Shown here: in pieces, positions 30,016 through 39,962 of the stretch
Position numbering within the stretch: position 1 is the first letter of the stretch
How the letters are laid out: the number at the start of each line of letters is the position of its first letter
Notes under the pieces: model-generated
The model's input: the letters and a program-made list of their open reading frames with translations, nothing else
What the model was told of the DNA's origin: nothing
Database searches by the model: none
Position numbers and translations under genes: made by a program
Assembly (NCBI GenBank): GCA_903901225.1
Contig: CAIUQE010000037.1
Span: 106,580-170,579, forward strand
Length of the DNA stretch: 64,000 nt
Reading direction: 5' to 3'
From: Candidatus Omnitrophota bacterium
GTDB taxonomy: Bacteria; Omnitrophota; Gorgyraeia; Zapsychrales; Fredricksoniimonadaceae

Positions 30016-30477
30016 GTCAATGATCGCTGAATACATAAACCCGGATTTTTCATTAGAAAAATCTGCCCCGCAGGGGTCGCGTGGCAAATCCAACACCCGC
30101 TCCATCTCTCGTCGATCCTTCTTGGTCGGTCGCCCTTCGCCTTTCGCGCGACGCGGCGCCCATCCGCCCTTGATGAGGGCAAGCTTATTTCTTTCTTCTG
30201 GTGGGGTTATATCCTCACAGCACTCTTTTACAAGCTGAGCACCAACCCGTTTATCGATGCATTTCAAAACCCGATACTGCCAGCTGACACCTTCTTTTCG
30301 AACAACGATCACCTGCCCTATCTTTACATCCCGCGACGGCTTAACCGCCTGCCCGTCGATACTTACCTTATGCCTTTTACACAGATCAGTTGCTATCAAC
30401 CGCGTCTTGCAAATGCGCACCGACCACAACCATTTGTCGATCCGCACGCTGATTGAAACAGGATCAGGACCCGTCAC
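30007..30477 (-). CDS. hslR: S4-domain RNA-binding protein, Hsp15 family
   Basis: VRIDKWLWSVRICKTR, VKPSRDVKIG, GRPTKKDRR. Confidence 0.88.
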   Translation of the reverse strand: MTGPDPVSISVRIDKWLWSVRICKTRLIATDLCKRHKVSIDGQAVKPSRDVKIGQVIVVRKEGVSWQYRVLKCIDKRVGAQLVKECCEDITPPEERNKLALIKGGWAPRRAKGEGRPTKKDRREMERVLDLPRDPCGADFSNEKSGFMYSAIIDEP

Positions 30478-30758
30478 GCATCCCCAAACTTATAATGCTT
30501 ACGCACGGGCTTCTTGACATGCCAGGTACAGCTTAAGCCCTGCGGGAATGTCACAAGATCCCCTTTTCCAAATGAAACAGATTCAAAAGGTGTCTTGAGC
30601 GTCACTTCACCCTCCAGGAACAAACAAACCTCTTTTTCATCATATTGCCAATCAAACGATGAGACCTCTTTGGTCCATATCGGCCAGGATCGCACGCCCA
30701 GATCGACAAGCCGTTGTTCGTACGGCTTTTCGACTATTACCTTAAATGTATGTGGCAT
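30474..30758 (-). CDS. Cupin-domain protein (DUF861-like)
   Basis: WPIWTKEVSSFDWQY, EVCLFLEGEV, GDLVTFPQGLSCTWHV. Confidence 0.85.
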   Translation of the reverse strand: MPHTFKVIVEKPYEQRLVDLGVRSWPIWTKEVSSFDWQYDEKEVCLFLEGEVTLKTPFESVSFGKGDLVTFPQGLSCTWHVKKPVRKHYKFGDA

Positions 30759-30819
30759 TGGCTCTCCTCCTGATGGCTATGATCTCCAACTCCCACACTT
30801 CACGGGGAGGGGAAAATAA

Positions 30820-32037
30820 TTACTTTGTGAACCGTTGTGCGATATAATTTTCAAGGATCTGGATAAACTCTTCCTTGATATGGAGGCCTTTGAGGATTGC
30901 GGTCTTCTTCCCGTCCACATAGACCGGCGCGGCGGGATCTTCCATGGAACCGGGCAGGCTGATGCCGATATCCGCGTGGGCGCTTTCGCCGGGGCCGTTG
31001 ACCACACAGCCCATCACAGCGATCTTCAATGTTGCAACATCCGGGTATTTCTTTTTCCATTCCGTCATCCTGGCGGCAACATGCTCACGCACATCCCTGG
31101 CGAGCTCCTGAAAATAAACGCTCCGGGTACGTCCGCACCCCGGGCAACTGGTGATCCCCGGATAAAAATAACGGAAGCCCATGGACTGCAGGATATCCTG
31201 GCAAACCTCGACCTCGCGCGTGCGTGATATTCCCGGCTCCGGCGTCAACGACACGCGGATCGTATCGCCAATCCCCTGCTGAAGCAAAACCGCCAGTGCC
31301 GCGGCACTCGCCGCCACACCCTTGACCCCGCCGCCGGCCTCCGTCAGGCCAAGATGCAGGACATGGTCACACTCCGCCGCGATACGTTCATTGACATCGA
31401 TCGTGTCCTGCAGGACAGATAATTTCGCGCTGACCACCAGTTTCTCCCTGGGAAGACCTAACGCAAGGGCCGCCTGGCAGCTGGCCAAAGCGCTCTCGAC
31501 CATGGCATCAGCCATGATCTGCTTGACTGTGCGGGGCTGGGTTCGTTTGGCATTCTGGTTCATGAGCGCCGCCAAAAGGTCCTTGTCCAGCGACCCCCAG
31601 TTAACGCCGATGCGCACCGCCTTGTCATACCTGACCGCGAAGCCGATAATGGATGAAAAATTGCTGTCTTTCCGGACTCCCTGCCCAACATTCCCGGGAT
31701 TGACGCGGTATTTGTCCAGCGCCTTCGCCAGTTCCTCATGCCGGGCAAGGATCTCGTGGCCGTTGAAATGGAAATCCCCCACAACAGGCGTACGGACACC
31801 TGAAGCGCGCAGGGACCGGAGTGCTTCAAGCGCGCCGATGGCCGCCGCGTCATCATTGATGGTCCAGCGGACAAGCTCGGAACCGGCCTCGATCAGGTCA
31901 ATGGTCTGCCGCAGGGTCGCGGGGACATCAGCGGTCGGTGTGTCTGTCATGGACTGGACCACAACGGGATCATCCCCACCCATGCGGACATCCCCGATAA
32001 TAACAACCGGTGTTTTGCGACGGACTAATTTGGACAT
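30820..32037 (-). CDS. ispG: HMBPP synthase (MEP pathway)
   Basis: VQSMTDT, DFHFN, RIGVNWGSL, GIGDTIRVSL, SCPGCGRT, MGCVVNGPGE. Confidence 0.96.
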   Translation of the reverse strand: MSKLVRRKTPVVIIGDVRMGGDDPVVVQSMTDTPTADVPATLRQTIDLIEAGSELVRWTINDDAAAIGALEALRSLRASGVRTPVVGDFHFNGHEILARHEELAKALDKYRVNPGNVGQGVRKDSNFSSIIGFAVRYDKAVRIGVNWGSLDKDLLAALMNQNAKRTQPRTVKQIMADAMVESALASCQAALALGLPREKLVVSAKLSVLQDTIDVNERIAAECDHVLHLGLTEAGGGVKGVAASAAALAVLLQQGIGDTIRVSLTPEPGISRTREVEVCQDILQSMGFRYFYPGITSCPGCGRTRSVYFQELARDVREHVAARMTEWKKKYPDVATLKIAVMGCVVNGPGESAHADIGISLPGSMEDPAAPVYVDGKKTAILKGLHIKEEFIQILENYIAQRFTK

Positions 32038-32104
32038 TATGGATTTACTCGGTTTAAGGTAATGATATAATGACCAATTGTAATGAAAGGAAGGGACATC
32101 AGCA

Positions 32105-33034
32105 ATGCAAATTTTCCTCGCGCGCACACAGGGTTTTTGCGCGGGTGTCGCCCGTGCCATCGAGGTCGTTGAACGGACCCTGGCCGCCCACGGTACGCCG
32201 CTGTATATCTTTCACGAGATCGTGCACAACACCTCCGTCGTCAACAGTTTCAAGGCCAGGGGCGTCGTGTTCGTGGATGACATCGCCGCGATACCTGACG
32301 GTCAGCGCGTGATCTTCAGCGCGCACGGCATTTCTCCCTGGGTCCTGGAAAACGCAAAGAAAAAGAACCTCGTCACCATCAACGCCACCTGCCCGCTGGT
32401 CACAAAAATACACAGGGAATCCGAAGGTTTTTCGCGGCAAAACATTCCGGTCGTCCTGATCGGGCACAAAGGCCACGAGGAAATGGTGGGCACCTCAGGC
32501 CACGTGCGCCCCGACCTGCTTCATATCATCTCCACGCGCGCGGATATTGAAAAACTCGACATTGACCCGCGCCAGAAAGTCGCCTACGTGACACAGACCA
32601 CCCTATCGGTCGACGACACCCGCACGCTCATCGCGCAGTTGCGGGAAAAATTCCCGCTGCTGACAGGCCCCGCGCGCGAGGACATCTGCTACGCGACCCA
32701 AAGCCGCCAGGATGCCATCAAAGAACTTGCAAGCCTTTGCGGCCAGAAGGGCCTCATCATAATCTGCGGGTCATCCAACAGCTCAAATTCAAACCGCTTG
32801 AGGGAAAAAGGCCAGCAACTCGGTGTCACCAGCATCATTGTGGACAATGCCAGTGACCTAGATCCTACGATCATTGACGGGGAAAAAAATATCGGGATAA
32901 GTTCGGGTGCTTCCGTGCCCCGCTACCTCGTGGACGAGATCGTGCTCAAGATCAGGGCTGTCTGCCCGCACGCTGAACTGATCAATTTCGACAACCCGGA
33001 AAAAGATGTTGTTTTTCCATTGCCCAGGATCTGA
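32105..33034 (+). CDS. ispH: HMBPP reductase
   Basis: GFCAGVARA, IVHN, ATCPLVTKIH, QTTLS, DICYAT, SSNS. Confidence 0.96.
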   Translation: MQIFLARTQGFCAGVARAIEVVERTLAAHGTPLYIFHEIVHNTSVVNSFKARGVVFVDDIAAIPDGQRVIFSAHGISPWVLENAKKKNLVTINATCPLVTKIHRESEGFSRQNIPVVLIGHKGHEEMVGTSGHVRPDLLHIISTRADIEKLDIDPRQKVAYVTQTTLSVDDTRTLIAQLREKFPLLTGPAREDICYATQSRQDAIKELASLCGQKGLIIICGSSNSSNSNRLREKGQQLGVTSIIVDNASDLDPTIIDGEKNIGISSGASVPRYLVDEIVLKIRAVCPHAELINFDNPEKDVVFPLPRI

Positions 33035-33035
33035 C

Positions 33036-33995
33036 ATGGACTTGTCTTGCCTCAATGATCTCGACGTAAAGATCGAAAGGGATACGCCCCTCAGCCGTCA
33101 CACGACTTTCAAGCTGGGTGGAAAGTGCCCTGCTGTCATCGAATGCCGCGACGCCAAGATCCTTCAGGCAACCGTCACGCGCCTGCGGGACCACCGCATT
33201 GACTTTTTGCTGATGGGGTTTGGCTCCAATATCCTCGCTTCTGATAATGGTTGTGACAAAGTCATTGTCCGCTACACATCTGCCTTGCCCCTCATTCAAC
33301 GGGAAGAAAATATCATCACCACCGATGCCGCCACCCCGCTCGACAGCCTCGCGGCGTATGCCGCTGACGCGGGGCTCGACGGCCTTACAGCCATGTTCGG
33401 GATCCCCGGCACTGCCGGCGGCGCGATCGCGGGCAACGCGGGCGCTTACGGCGAGCAGATATCCGACCATCTTCAAAGCGTCAACGTCCTTAGAAAAGAC
33501 TCCTCCATCGCGACGTTGCCCACGGCGTCCATCCCGTTCTCCTACCGCGATTCACCGTTCAAACATAATGGAGACATCCTGCTGACAGCATCGTTCGCCC
33601 TGACACCGCTGACCAAAGACGCGCTTCACGCCAAACGGGACAAGGTGCTCAAGGAGAGGAAATTCAAGCTGGATTTTTGGCAGCATTATCCCTGCGCCGG
33701 ATCGTTCTTCCGCAACGTGGCCCCGACTTCCAATGCTGGACAGCGCCGGGCCGCGGGATGGTTCCTGGAACAGGCCGGCGCCAAAGACCTTTGCCTCAAC
33801 GGCGCCCGGACCTACGCCGAACACGCCAATATCATCACCCATGCGGATGGCGCGACGGCCCAGGACGTTTACGAACTTTCCCTGAAAATGGCCGCGCTTG
33901 TCAAAGCCAAATTTGATATTGATCTGGTGCGTGAAGTACGGCTTCTGGGGAAATTCAAAGGAATGGCTGCCAGCGATCCCAAAGGATACTGGTAA
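33036..33995 (+). CDS. murB: UDP-N-acetylmuramate dehydrogenase
   Basis: HTTFKLGG, GSNIL, GIPGTAGGAIAGNAGAYG, FSYRDS, AGSFFRN, HANII. Confidence 0.93.
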   Translation: MDLSCLNDLDVKIERDTPLSRHTTFKLGGKCPAVIECRDAKILQATVTRLRDHRIDFLLMGFGSNILASDNGCDKVIVRYTSALPLIQREENIITTDAATPLDSLAAYAADAGLDGLTAMFGIPGTAGGAIAGNAGAYGEQISDHLQSVNVLRKDSSIATLPTASIPFSYRDSPFKHNGDILLTASFALTPLTKDALHAKRDKVLKERKFKLDFWQHYPCAGSFFRNVAPTSNAGQRRAAGWFLEQAGAKDLCLNGARTYAEHANIITHADGATAQDVYELSLKMAALVKAKFDIDLVREVRLLGKFKGMAASDPKGYW

Positions 33996-34004
33996 AGCAG
34001 GTCG

Positions 34005-34460
34005 CTACTCTGTTGAAACGGTCTTCTTCTGATCCAAAGCGCCGTTCATGGTATGCCAGGCGAGGATCGCGCATTTGACACGACTGGGGTATTTCCATAT
34101 CCCGGAAAAGACTGTGAGCTTCCCCAGGTGCTGCTCCGGCGATGCCGGATCAAGTTCTTTGGTCACAAGCTTCCTGAATTCCTCAAACAGAGCCTTGGCT
34201 TCAGCGACAGTTTTTCCCTTCAACGCGACCGTCATCATGGACCCGGATGCTTTTGAAATAGCGCACCCGTCGCCATGGAACGCCGCCTCCTCGATCACAC
34301 CGCTGTCGCTGACCCTCAAATAAACATGCAGATGATCGCCGCAGAGCGGATTGTAACCTTCCGCTTCATGCGAACAGGGTGAAAGCTCGACGAAATTGCG
34401 CGGGCGCTTGTTGTGCTCAAGGATAACCTGCTGATAAAGATCTTCGCTATGTGTTGTCAT
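34005..34460 (-). CDS. sufU: SUF system NifU-family Fe-S assembly protein
   Basis: LYQQVILEH, NPLCGD, GCAISKAS, RVKCA. Confidence 0.93.
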   Translation of the reverse strand: MTTHSEDLYQQVILEHNKRPRNFVELSPCSHEAEGYNPLCGDHLHVYLRVSDSGVIEEAAFHGDGCAISKASGSMMTVALKGKTVAEAKALFEEFRKLVTKELDPASPEQHLGKLTVFSGIWKYPSRVKCAILAWHTMNGALDQKKTVSTE

Positions 34461-34630
34461 AATACACGTCCAATTTAGATAGTACGTTTCGTCAATAACG
34501 ATATTTGAGCAGGAATTGTGTGTAGGGGCGGACCTTGCCTGCCTGTCGGCAGACAGGTGTCCGCCCGATGAAGCGGGCCGAGACAAGCTCGGCCCCTACG
34601 CTCAATCTGGACAACAAAATGTTGTCATAA
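34452..34630. mobile_element. REP/MITE-like insertion flanked by 11-bp direct repeats of the sufU start
   Basis: tgttgtcataa at 34452-34462 and 34620-34630; internal GTAGGGGC...GCCCCTAC palindrome (34522-34599) containing cctgcctgtcggcagacagg. Confidence 0.7.
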
Positions 34631-34637
34631 ACTCCTG

Positions 34638-35867
34638 TTATTCATGAAAGATCTTGATGCTTTTTTTCAGCGCCGCCGCAAAAATGTCCAGCTCTTCTTT
34701 CGTGTTATAGAAAGCGAGCGACGCGCGCGCCGTGCCGGGAATGCCGAAATGTTTCATGACCGGTTGGGTGCAGTGATGGCCGGTGCGAATGGCGACGCCT
34801 TCCCTGTCAACCAGGGTCCCTATGTCATGGGCATGGATGCCGTCGATCACGAATGAGAATATGGGCGCCTTCTCTTTGGCCATGCCGATCATCCTGAGGC
34901 CAGGCACCTGTGAAAGGACCTTGTGGCCATGAGCTAGAAGGTCCTTCTTATAAGCGATCAATGCGCCCGCGTCAAGGCTGTTAACGTAGGAGATCGCCTC
35001 GCCGAGCGCGATGACACCCGCAATATTGGGCGTGCCAGCCTCGAACTTGTAGGGCAAACGGTTAAAAATGGTCTTTTCAAACGTGACGCTCAGGATCATG
35101 TCGCCGCCACTCTGGTACGGGGGCATGCTTTCCAGAAGTTTCTCCTTCGCGTAAAGGACGCCAACGCCCGTCGGGCCGTAAAGTTTATGGCCGGAGAATA
35201 CGAGGAAATCACAGTCCAGGTCCCCGACATCAATGGGCGCGTGTGACACGCTCTGCGCCGCGTCAACCAGCGCCAACGCTCCGGCAGCATGGGCCAGGCG
35301 GATGATCTCCTTCACGGGATTGACCGTCCCCAGAGAATTCGACACATGGACGACCGACACCAGCTTTGTCCGCGGCGAGAGGAGCTTGCGATATTCCTCC
35401 AGGATCAACTCCCCGTTATCATCGAAGGGGATCACCTTGAGCACACAGCCGGTCTCTTCGCGAAGAAGCTGCCACGGCACGATATTCGAATGGTGCTCCA
35501 TCTCGGAGATAATGATCTCGTCTCCCGACTTGATGAACTTGCGGCCGTAACTCGCGGCCACAAGATTGATGGATTCCGTCGAACCTTTCGTAAAGATGAT
35601 CTCGAACGTGTTACGGGCGCCCAGGAACGCCCTGACCTTCTCGCGCGAAGATTCATATTCAGCCGTGGCTTCTTCGCTCAGATAATGCACCCCGCGATGG
35701 ATGTTGGCCGTACGATGGCAATAGTGGGAATGGGTCGACGAAATGACCTGGCATGGCTTGAACGTCGTGGCGGCGTTATCAAAATAAATGATCGGTTTAT
35801 CATCCCTTCCGCGCGTGGCCAGGTTCGGAAAATCACCGCGTATCTTGTCAATGTCGAGAACAGGCAT
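34638..35867 (-). CDS. sufS: Cysteine desulfurase
   Basis: YFDNAATT, MEHHSNIVPW, SGHKLYGPTGVG, RTGHHCTQP. Confidence 0.96.
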   Translation of the reverse strand: MPVLDIDKIRGDFPNLATRGRDDKPIIYFDNAATTFKPCQVISSTHSHYCHRTANIHRGVHYLSEEATAEYESSREKVRAFLGARNTFEIIFTKGSTESINLVAASYGRKFIKSGDEIIISEMEHHSNIVPWQLLREETGCVLKVIPFDDNGELILEEYRKLLSPRTKLVSVVHVSNSLGTVNPVKEIIRLAHAAGALALVDAAQSVSHAPIDVGDLDCDFLVFSGHKLYGPTGVGVLYAKEKLLESMPPYQSGGDMILSVTFEKTIFNRLPYKFEAGTPNIAGVIALGEAISYVNSLDAGALIAYKKDLLAHGHKVLSQVPGLRMIGMAKEKAPIFSFVIDGIHAHDIGTLVDREGVAIRTGHHCTQPVMKHFGIPGTARASLAFYNTKEELDIFAAALKKSIKIFHE

Positions 35868-35870
35868 GTA

Positions 35871-36689
35871 TTACCTCAGGCTCCTTTGAACTTCATTTTT
35901 TAACCGGGGATCACTGATCCGGTCGACCACATCCTCGACAAAGCCGTTGGTGAGCATCTCACCGGCCGCGGCCTTGTCGATGCCGCGCGTCTGCAGATAA
36001 AACAGCTGGTCATGGTCCATGTGCCCGATCGTGGCCCCATGGGAACATTTGACATCATCCGCGAATATCTCAAGCTCTGGCCTTGTATCCGCGCGCGCCT
36101 GGGTGCTCAACAACATGTTCTTGTTCAACTGGTACGCGTTGGTCAATTGCGCTTCACGGCGGACAAGGATCCTGCCATTGAACAAAGAATATGACGTGTC
36201 ACGCAGCAGGCATTTATAAAGCTGATCGCTGGTCGTTGAAGGCGCGGCGTGTTCAATGTTCGTGGTGCTTTCCGCCTTGGCCTCACCGGCAAGCAGGTGC
36301 AGCCCGTTCAAAAAAACCCCGGCACCGGCCCCTTCGAGAACCACATTGATATCATCGCTGACGCCGGACTCTCCTCTGGTAAAGAAAAACGACCTCAAAC
36401 AACTGCCCGCGGCCAGGCGCGCCTTAAAATGCGACACGCAAGGACTGATGCCGTCCGCCCGCGCGACACGCAATATCTCAAGATGAGCGCCTTCTTCAAG
36501 GACCGCTTCGACCTCGGAAGGACCAAAATTACCCGCGACAGCAACACGGGCACCTTCCTCCACATGAAGGACGATATGCCGAGCACCCGCGGGAATGCGC
36601 ATAATATCCGTTGCCTCTGAACGGCGGCGGAAGCGAAAGATCTGAGGGACAGCGGTCAAATGATCCATATCAGGCGATGAGCCAATCAT
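35871..36689 (-). CDS. sufD: Fe-S assembly protein SufD (short N-terminus)
   Basis: FNGRILV, PELEIFADDVKCSHGATIG, FYLQTRGI. Confidence 0.9.
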   Translation of the reverse strand: MIGSSPDMDHLTAVPQIFRFRRRSEATDIMRIPAGARHIVLHVEEGARVAVAGNFGPSEVEAVLEEGAHLEILRVARADGISPCVSHFKARLAAGSCLRSFFFTRGESGVSDDINVVLEGAGAGVFLNGLHLLAGEAKAESTTNIEHAAPSTTSDQLYKCLLRDTSYSLFNGRILVRREAQLTNAYQLNKNMLLSTQARADTRPELEIFADDVKCSHGATIGHMDHDQLFYLQTRGIDKAAAGEMLTNGFVEDVVDRISDPRLKNEVQRSLR

Positions 36690-37422
36690 ACCCTTTCTCT
36701 TCGATCTGCAGGGCTAGTTCAGGCCCCGCCGTCTTGATGATGCGCCCCTGGTAAAGGACATGGACGATATCCGGCTTGATATAATTCAGCAAGCGCTGGT
36801 AATGCGTGATGACCACCATGGCATTGCGCTTGGTCCGCAGGACATTGACCCCGTGGGCCACGATCTTCATCGAATCCACGTCAAGACCGGAGTCCGTCTC
36901 GTCCAGGACGGCAAGCCTGGGATTGAGGACCGCCATTTGAAGGATCTCGTTGCGCTTCTTCTCACCACCGGAAAAATCGACGTTGACGGCCCGGTCGATA
37001 TATTTCTCGTCCATCTCCAGGACTTTCATCTTTTCACGAATAAAAGGGTCGAAATCAAGGGGATCCATTTCCGCCAACCCGTGATGGCGGGCCAGCGCGT
37101 TATAAGAAGAACGGAGGAATTCAGACGTCGGCACGCCGGGGATCTCGACAGGATACTGGAACGCCAGGAAAATGCCTTCACGGGCGCGCAGGTCAGGCTC
37201 CATGGCCGCGATATTTGTCATCGCGCCGTTGATCTCGAATTCAATGCTCCCTCTGTCAACCGTATACTGGGGATGCCCGGCCACGATCTTGGAAAGGGTG
37301 CTTTTGCCGGAACCATTGGGGCCCATGATGGCATGCACCTCCCCGGCTTTAACGGAAAGGTCCAGCCCCTTCAATATCTGATGCCCGTCGACGCTAGCGT
37401 AAAGGTCTTTGATGTTCAGCAT
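36670..37422 (-). CDS. sufC: Fe-S assembly ATPase
   Basis: GPNGSGKST, FQYPVEIPGV, FSGGEKKRNE, LDETDSGLD. Confidence 0.97.
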   Translation of the reverse strand: MLNIKDLYASVDGHQILKGLDLSVKAGEVHAIMGPNGSGKSTLSKIVAGHPQYTVDRGSIEFEINGAMTNIAAMEPDLRAREGIFLAFQYPVEIPGVPTSEFLRSSYNALARHHGLAEMDPLDFDPFIREKMKVLEMDEKYIDRAVNVDFSGGEKKRNEILQMAVLNPRLAVLDETDSGLDVDSMKIVAHGVNVLRTKRNAMVVITHYQRLLNYIKPDIVHVLYQGRIIKTAGPELALQIEEKGYDWLIA

Positions 37423-37430
37423 GATGTCTC

Positions 37431-38888
37431 CTAACCGACACTGTTCTCCAGTTTCATCTCCAGCAGCCTTACCGCCTCGACAGCAAACTCAAGGGGCAGG
37501 GTCTTGAATACGTCCTTGCAAAAACCATTGATGACCAGCGCGATAGCTTCTTCCTTGTTAAGACCGCGCGACTGCAAGTAAAAAACCTGCTCGGCGCTGA
37601 TCTTTGAGGTGGTCGCTTCGTGCTCCAGGGTCGCCGAGTTGTTCTTGACCTCGATGCGGGGAAAAGTGTTCGCGCTGCAATTGTTGCCCACCAGCATGGA
37701 GTCGCACTGTGAAAAATTACGGGCATTTTCCGCCGAGGGCATGATCTTGACGAGCCCGCGGTAACTGTTATGTGAAAAATCGGAAGAAATCCCCTTGGAA
37801 ATGATCGTGCTGCGCGTGTTGCGCCCCATATGGATCATTTTTGTGCCCGTATCCGCGTTCATGCGGTTGCTGGTCAGGGCCACCGAATAAAATTCGCCCA
37901 CCGCATTGTCGCCCTTGAGGATCACACTGGGATATTTCCAGGTAATGGCGCTGCCCGCCTCGACCTGGGTCCACGATATCTTGGAATTCACGCCGGCGCA
38001 CATGCCGCGCTTGGTCACGAAATTATAGATCCCGCCGCGGCCTTCCTTGTCGCCGGCATACCAGTTCTGGACCGTTGAATATTTGATCTGGGCATCATCA
38101 AGGGCGATCAGCTCAACCACGGCGGCGTGTAGCTGGTTCTCGTCGCGCACCGGCGCGGTACATCCTTCAAGATAACTGACATACGCGCCTTTTTCCGCGA
38201 TGATCAGCGTGCGCTCGAACTGCCCCGTATCCTTGGCGTTGATACGGAAATATGTCGAAAGGTCAACCGGGCAACGCACGCCCTCGGGTATGTAGCAAAA
38301 TGACCCGTCGGTAAAAACGGCGGCATTAAGCGCGGCAAAGAAATTGTCGGTGTGCGGGACAACACTGCCCATGTATTTTTTGACAAGTTCCGGGCATTTG
38401 CGCAACGCTTCGGAAATAGGGCAAAAAATGATGCCTAATTTCTCAAGGTCCTTCTGGTGCGTCGTACCGACGGAGACACTGTCGAATACCGCGTCAACCG
38501 CGACCCCGGCCAGGCGCTTTTGCTCCGTCAGGGGTATCCCCAGCTTTTCAAAAGCTTTCACAACCTCGGCATCCACCTCATCGAGACTGCTGGGCCCTGT
38601 CCCCTTCTTTTTGGGTGCGGAATAATATCGGATATCCTGGTAATCGATCGGCGCGTACTTGAAATTCGCCCAGTGCGGCTCTTTCATCCCCAACCAGTGG
38701 CGATACGCTTTCAACCTCCACTCCAGCATAAAGGCAGGCTCATCCTTCTTGCGTGAAATGAAGGCAATGATCTGCTCATTCAGGCCCTTGGGCGCGGCAT
38801 CAGCCTCGACATCCGTGATAAAGCCGTACTTGTATCCGCCAGGCTCGACGGGATATGAATTCTGGAGAACTTCACTCTTGTCTGACAT
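37431..38888 (-). CDS. sufB: Fe-S assembly protein SufB
   Basis: [40 protein letters not shown]. Confidence 0.97.
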   Translation of the reverse strand: MSDKSEVLQNSYPVEPGGYKYGFITDVEADAAPKGLNEQIIAFISRKKDEPAFMLEWRLKAYRHWLGMKEPHWANFKYAPIDYQDIRYYSAPKKKGTGPSSLDEVDAEVVKAFEKLGIPLTEQKRLAGVAVDAVFDSVSVGTTHQKDLEKLGIIFCPISEALRKCPELVKKYMGSVVPHTDNFFAALNAAVFTDGSFCYIPEGVRCPVDLSTYFRINAKDTGQFERTLIIAEKGAYVSYLEGCTAPVRDENQLHAAVVELIALDDAQIKYSTVQNWYAGDKEGRGGIYNFVTKRGMCAGVNSKISWTQVEAGSAITWKYPSVILKGDNAVGEFYSVALTSNRMNADTGTKMIHMGRNTRSTIISKGISSDFSHNSYRGLVKIMPSAENARNFSQCDSMLVGNNCSANTFPRIEVKNNSATLEHEATTSKISAEQVFYLQSRGLNKEEAIALVINGFCKDVFKTLPLEFAVEAVRLLEMKLENSVG

Positions 38889-38894
38889 AAATTC

Positions 38895-39293
38895 CTAGAT
38901 CATTTCCAGTACAGGGACATCCTTGAAAGTCCTGACCACCTTCGCGTTCAGCTTGACCATGGCCCCCTTGAGGACACAATGCTCAAGGCGCTCGCATGAA
39001 GCTTTCGCCGCGGCACAGTCCGTAACGGAGAACTCTCCGACAACAGTGCGGCTCAATTCATACACCGTTAATTTTCCAAGATCGCCCGCCAGCCGGTAGC
39101 CGCCGTAAGCGCCCTGCTCGGCTTTCAGTATCCCCTGCTGGGACATCAACTGAAGGACCCGCGAGGTAGGATCAAACGGAATATCGTATTTGGAACATAT
39201 CTCCTTGGCCGTGACCAGGCGGTCTTCGCCGGAACGGGCCATGTGCTTCAACGCGATAAGCGCGTATTTAAGCTTTTTATGGATCTTGAACAT
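38895..39293 (-). CDS. Rrf2-family transcriptional regulator (three-Cys, IscR-like)
   Basis: YALIAL, GAYGGYRL, C-x6-C-x5-C in the C-terminal half; upstream of sufB. Confidence 0.88.
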   Translation of the reverse strand: MFKIHKKLKYALIALKHMARSGEDRLVTAKEICSKYDIPFDPTSRVLQLMSQQGILKAEQGAYGGYRLAGDLGKLTVYELSRTVVGEFSVTDCAAAKASCERLEHCVLKGAMVKLNAKVVRTFKDVPVLEMI

Positions 39294-39296
39294 CCC

Positions 39297-39848
39297 TTAT
39301 CCTAACTGCACCACGATGTCAGGCCTGTACTGGTCCTGAAGGATATTCTGGATGGCGAAGAGCGTCCCCATCCCCCCATGCGGACAACAGCCACAGGCGC
39401 CCTGGTAGCTGATCGTCAGGACATTTCCCTCCAGGGATACCACCTGGAGATCCCCGCCGTCGCGCTGCAACGCCGGGCGTATGGTGGAATCCAGGATGGC
39501 GCTGATCCTGGCCAGTTCACCGGAAAGAGCTTCACCGCCACCCGCCTTGTTGGCGGCAATTTCGAACGAAGGGTTATGCCCCGCGATGTTCTGTAAAATA
39601 GCATCCTTGATCGATCCCTCAAGAACATCCCAGTTGCCATCACCGTTCTGGGTCACGGTAATGAACTTGCCGGAAAAATATACCTCGGTCACATGGTCCA
39701 GCTTGACCAGCGCCGCGGCCAGCGGGACCGTCAACGCATCCGCCGACGAGCGGAAGATCGCGCTGTCCGTGGTTTTGACCGGAACATTCAGCACAAATTT
39801 TAAAGCATTCGGGTTGGGTGTGGGTTGGGTCGTTACTGTGTAGTCCAT
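39297..39848 (-). CDS. Nfu/NifU-family Fe-S carrier (Nfu_N plus NifU_C)
   Basis: TPNPNALKF, IRPALQRDGGD, YQGACGCCP. Confidence 0.9.
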   Translation of the reverse strand: MDYTVTTQPTPNPNALKFVLNVPVKTTDSAIFRSSADALTVPLAAALVKLDHVTEVYFSGKFITVTQNGDGNWDVLEGSIKDAILQNIAGHNPSFEIAANKAGGGEALSGELARISAILDSTIRPALQRDGGDLQVVSLEGNVLTISYQGACGCCPHGGMGTLFAIQNILQDQYRPDIVVQLG

Positions 39849-39870
39849 GGTTTTCTCCTTGTTGTGAGCT

Positions 39871-39919
39871 ATCATATCGCCCGGGTTTAAATCCGTCAAA
39901 TAATTACTTATTTAAATCC
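39871..39919 (-). promoter_or_regulatory. Promoter of the nfu-rrf2-suf operon with direct repeats
   Basis: TTGACG-17 nt-TATGAT (39899-39871); tttaaatcc at 39886-39894 and 39911-39919. Confidence 0.55.
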
Positions 39920-39962
39920 ACCTAACGTTAACACGGGAAAAGAGCTCTCTCCGCTGCGAACC

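Noticed and set aside
34602-34628. MTTFCCPD* as a Cys-sensing leader peptide for sufU
   Set aside because: It is more simply explained as the original sufU start fused by chance to inserted DNA, given the 11-bp duplication. It also lies at the end of the operon.
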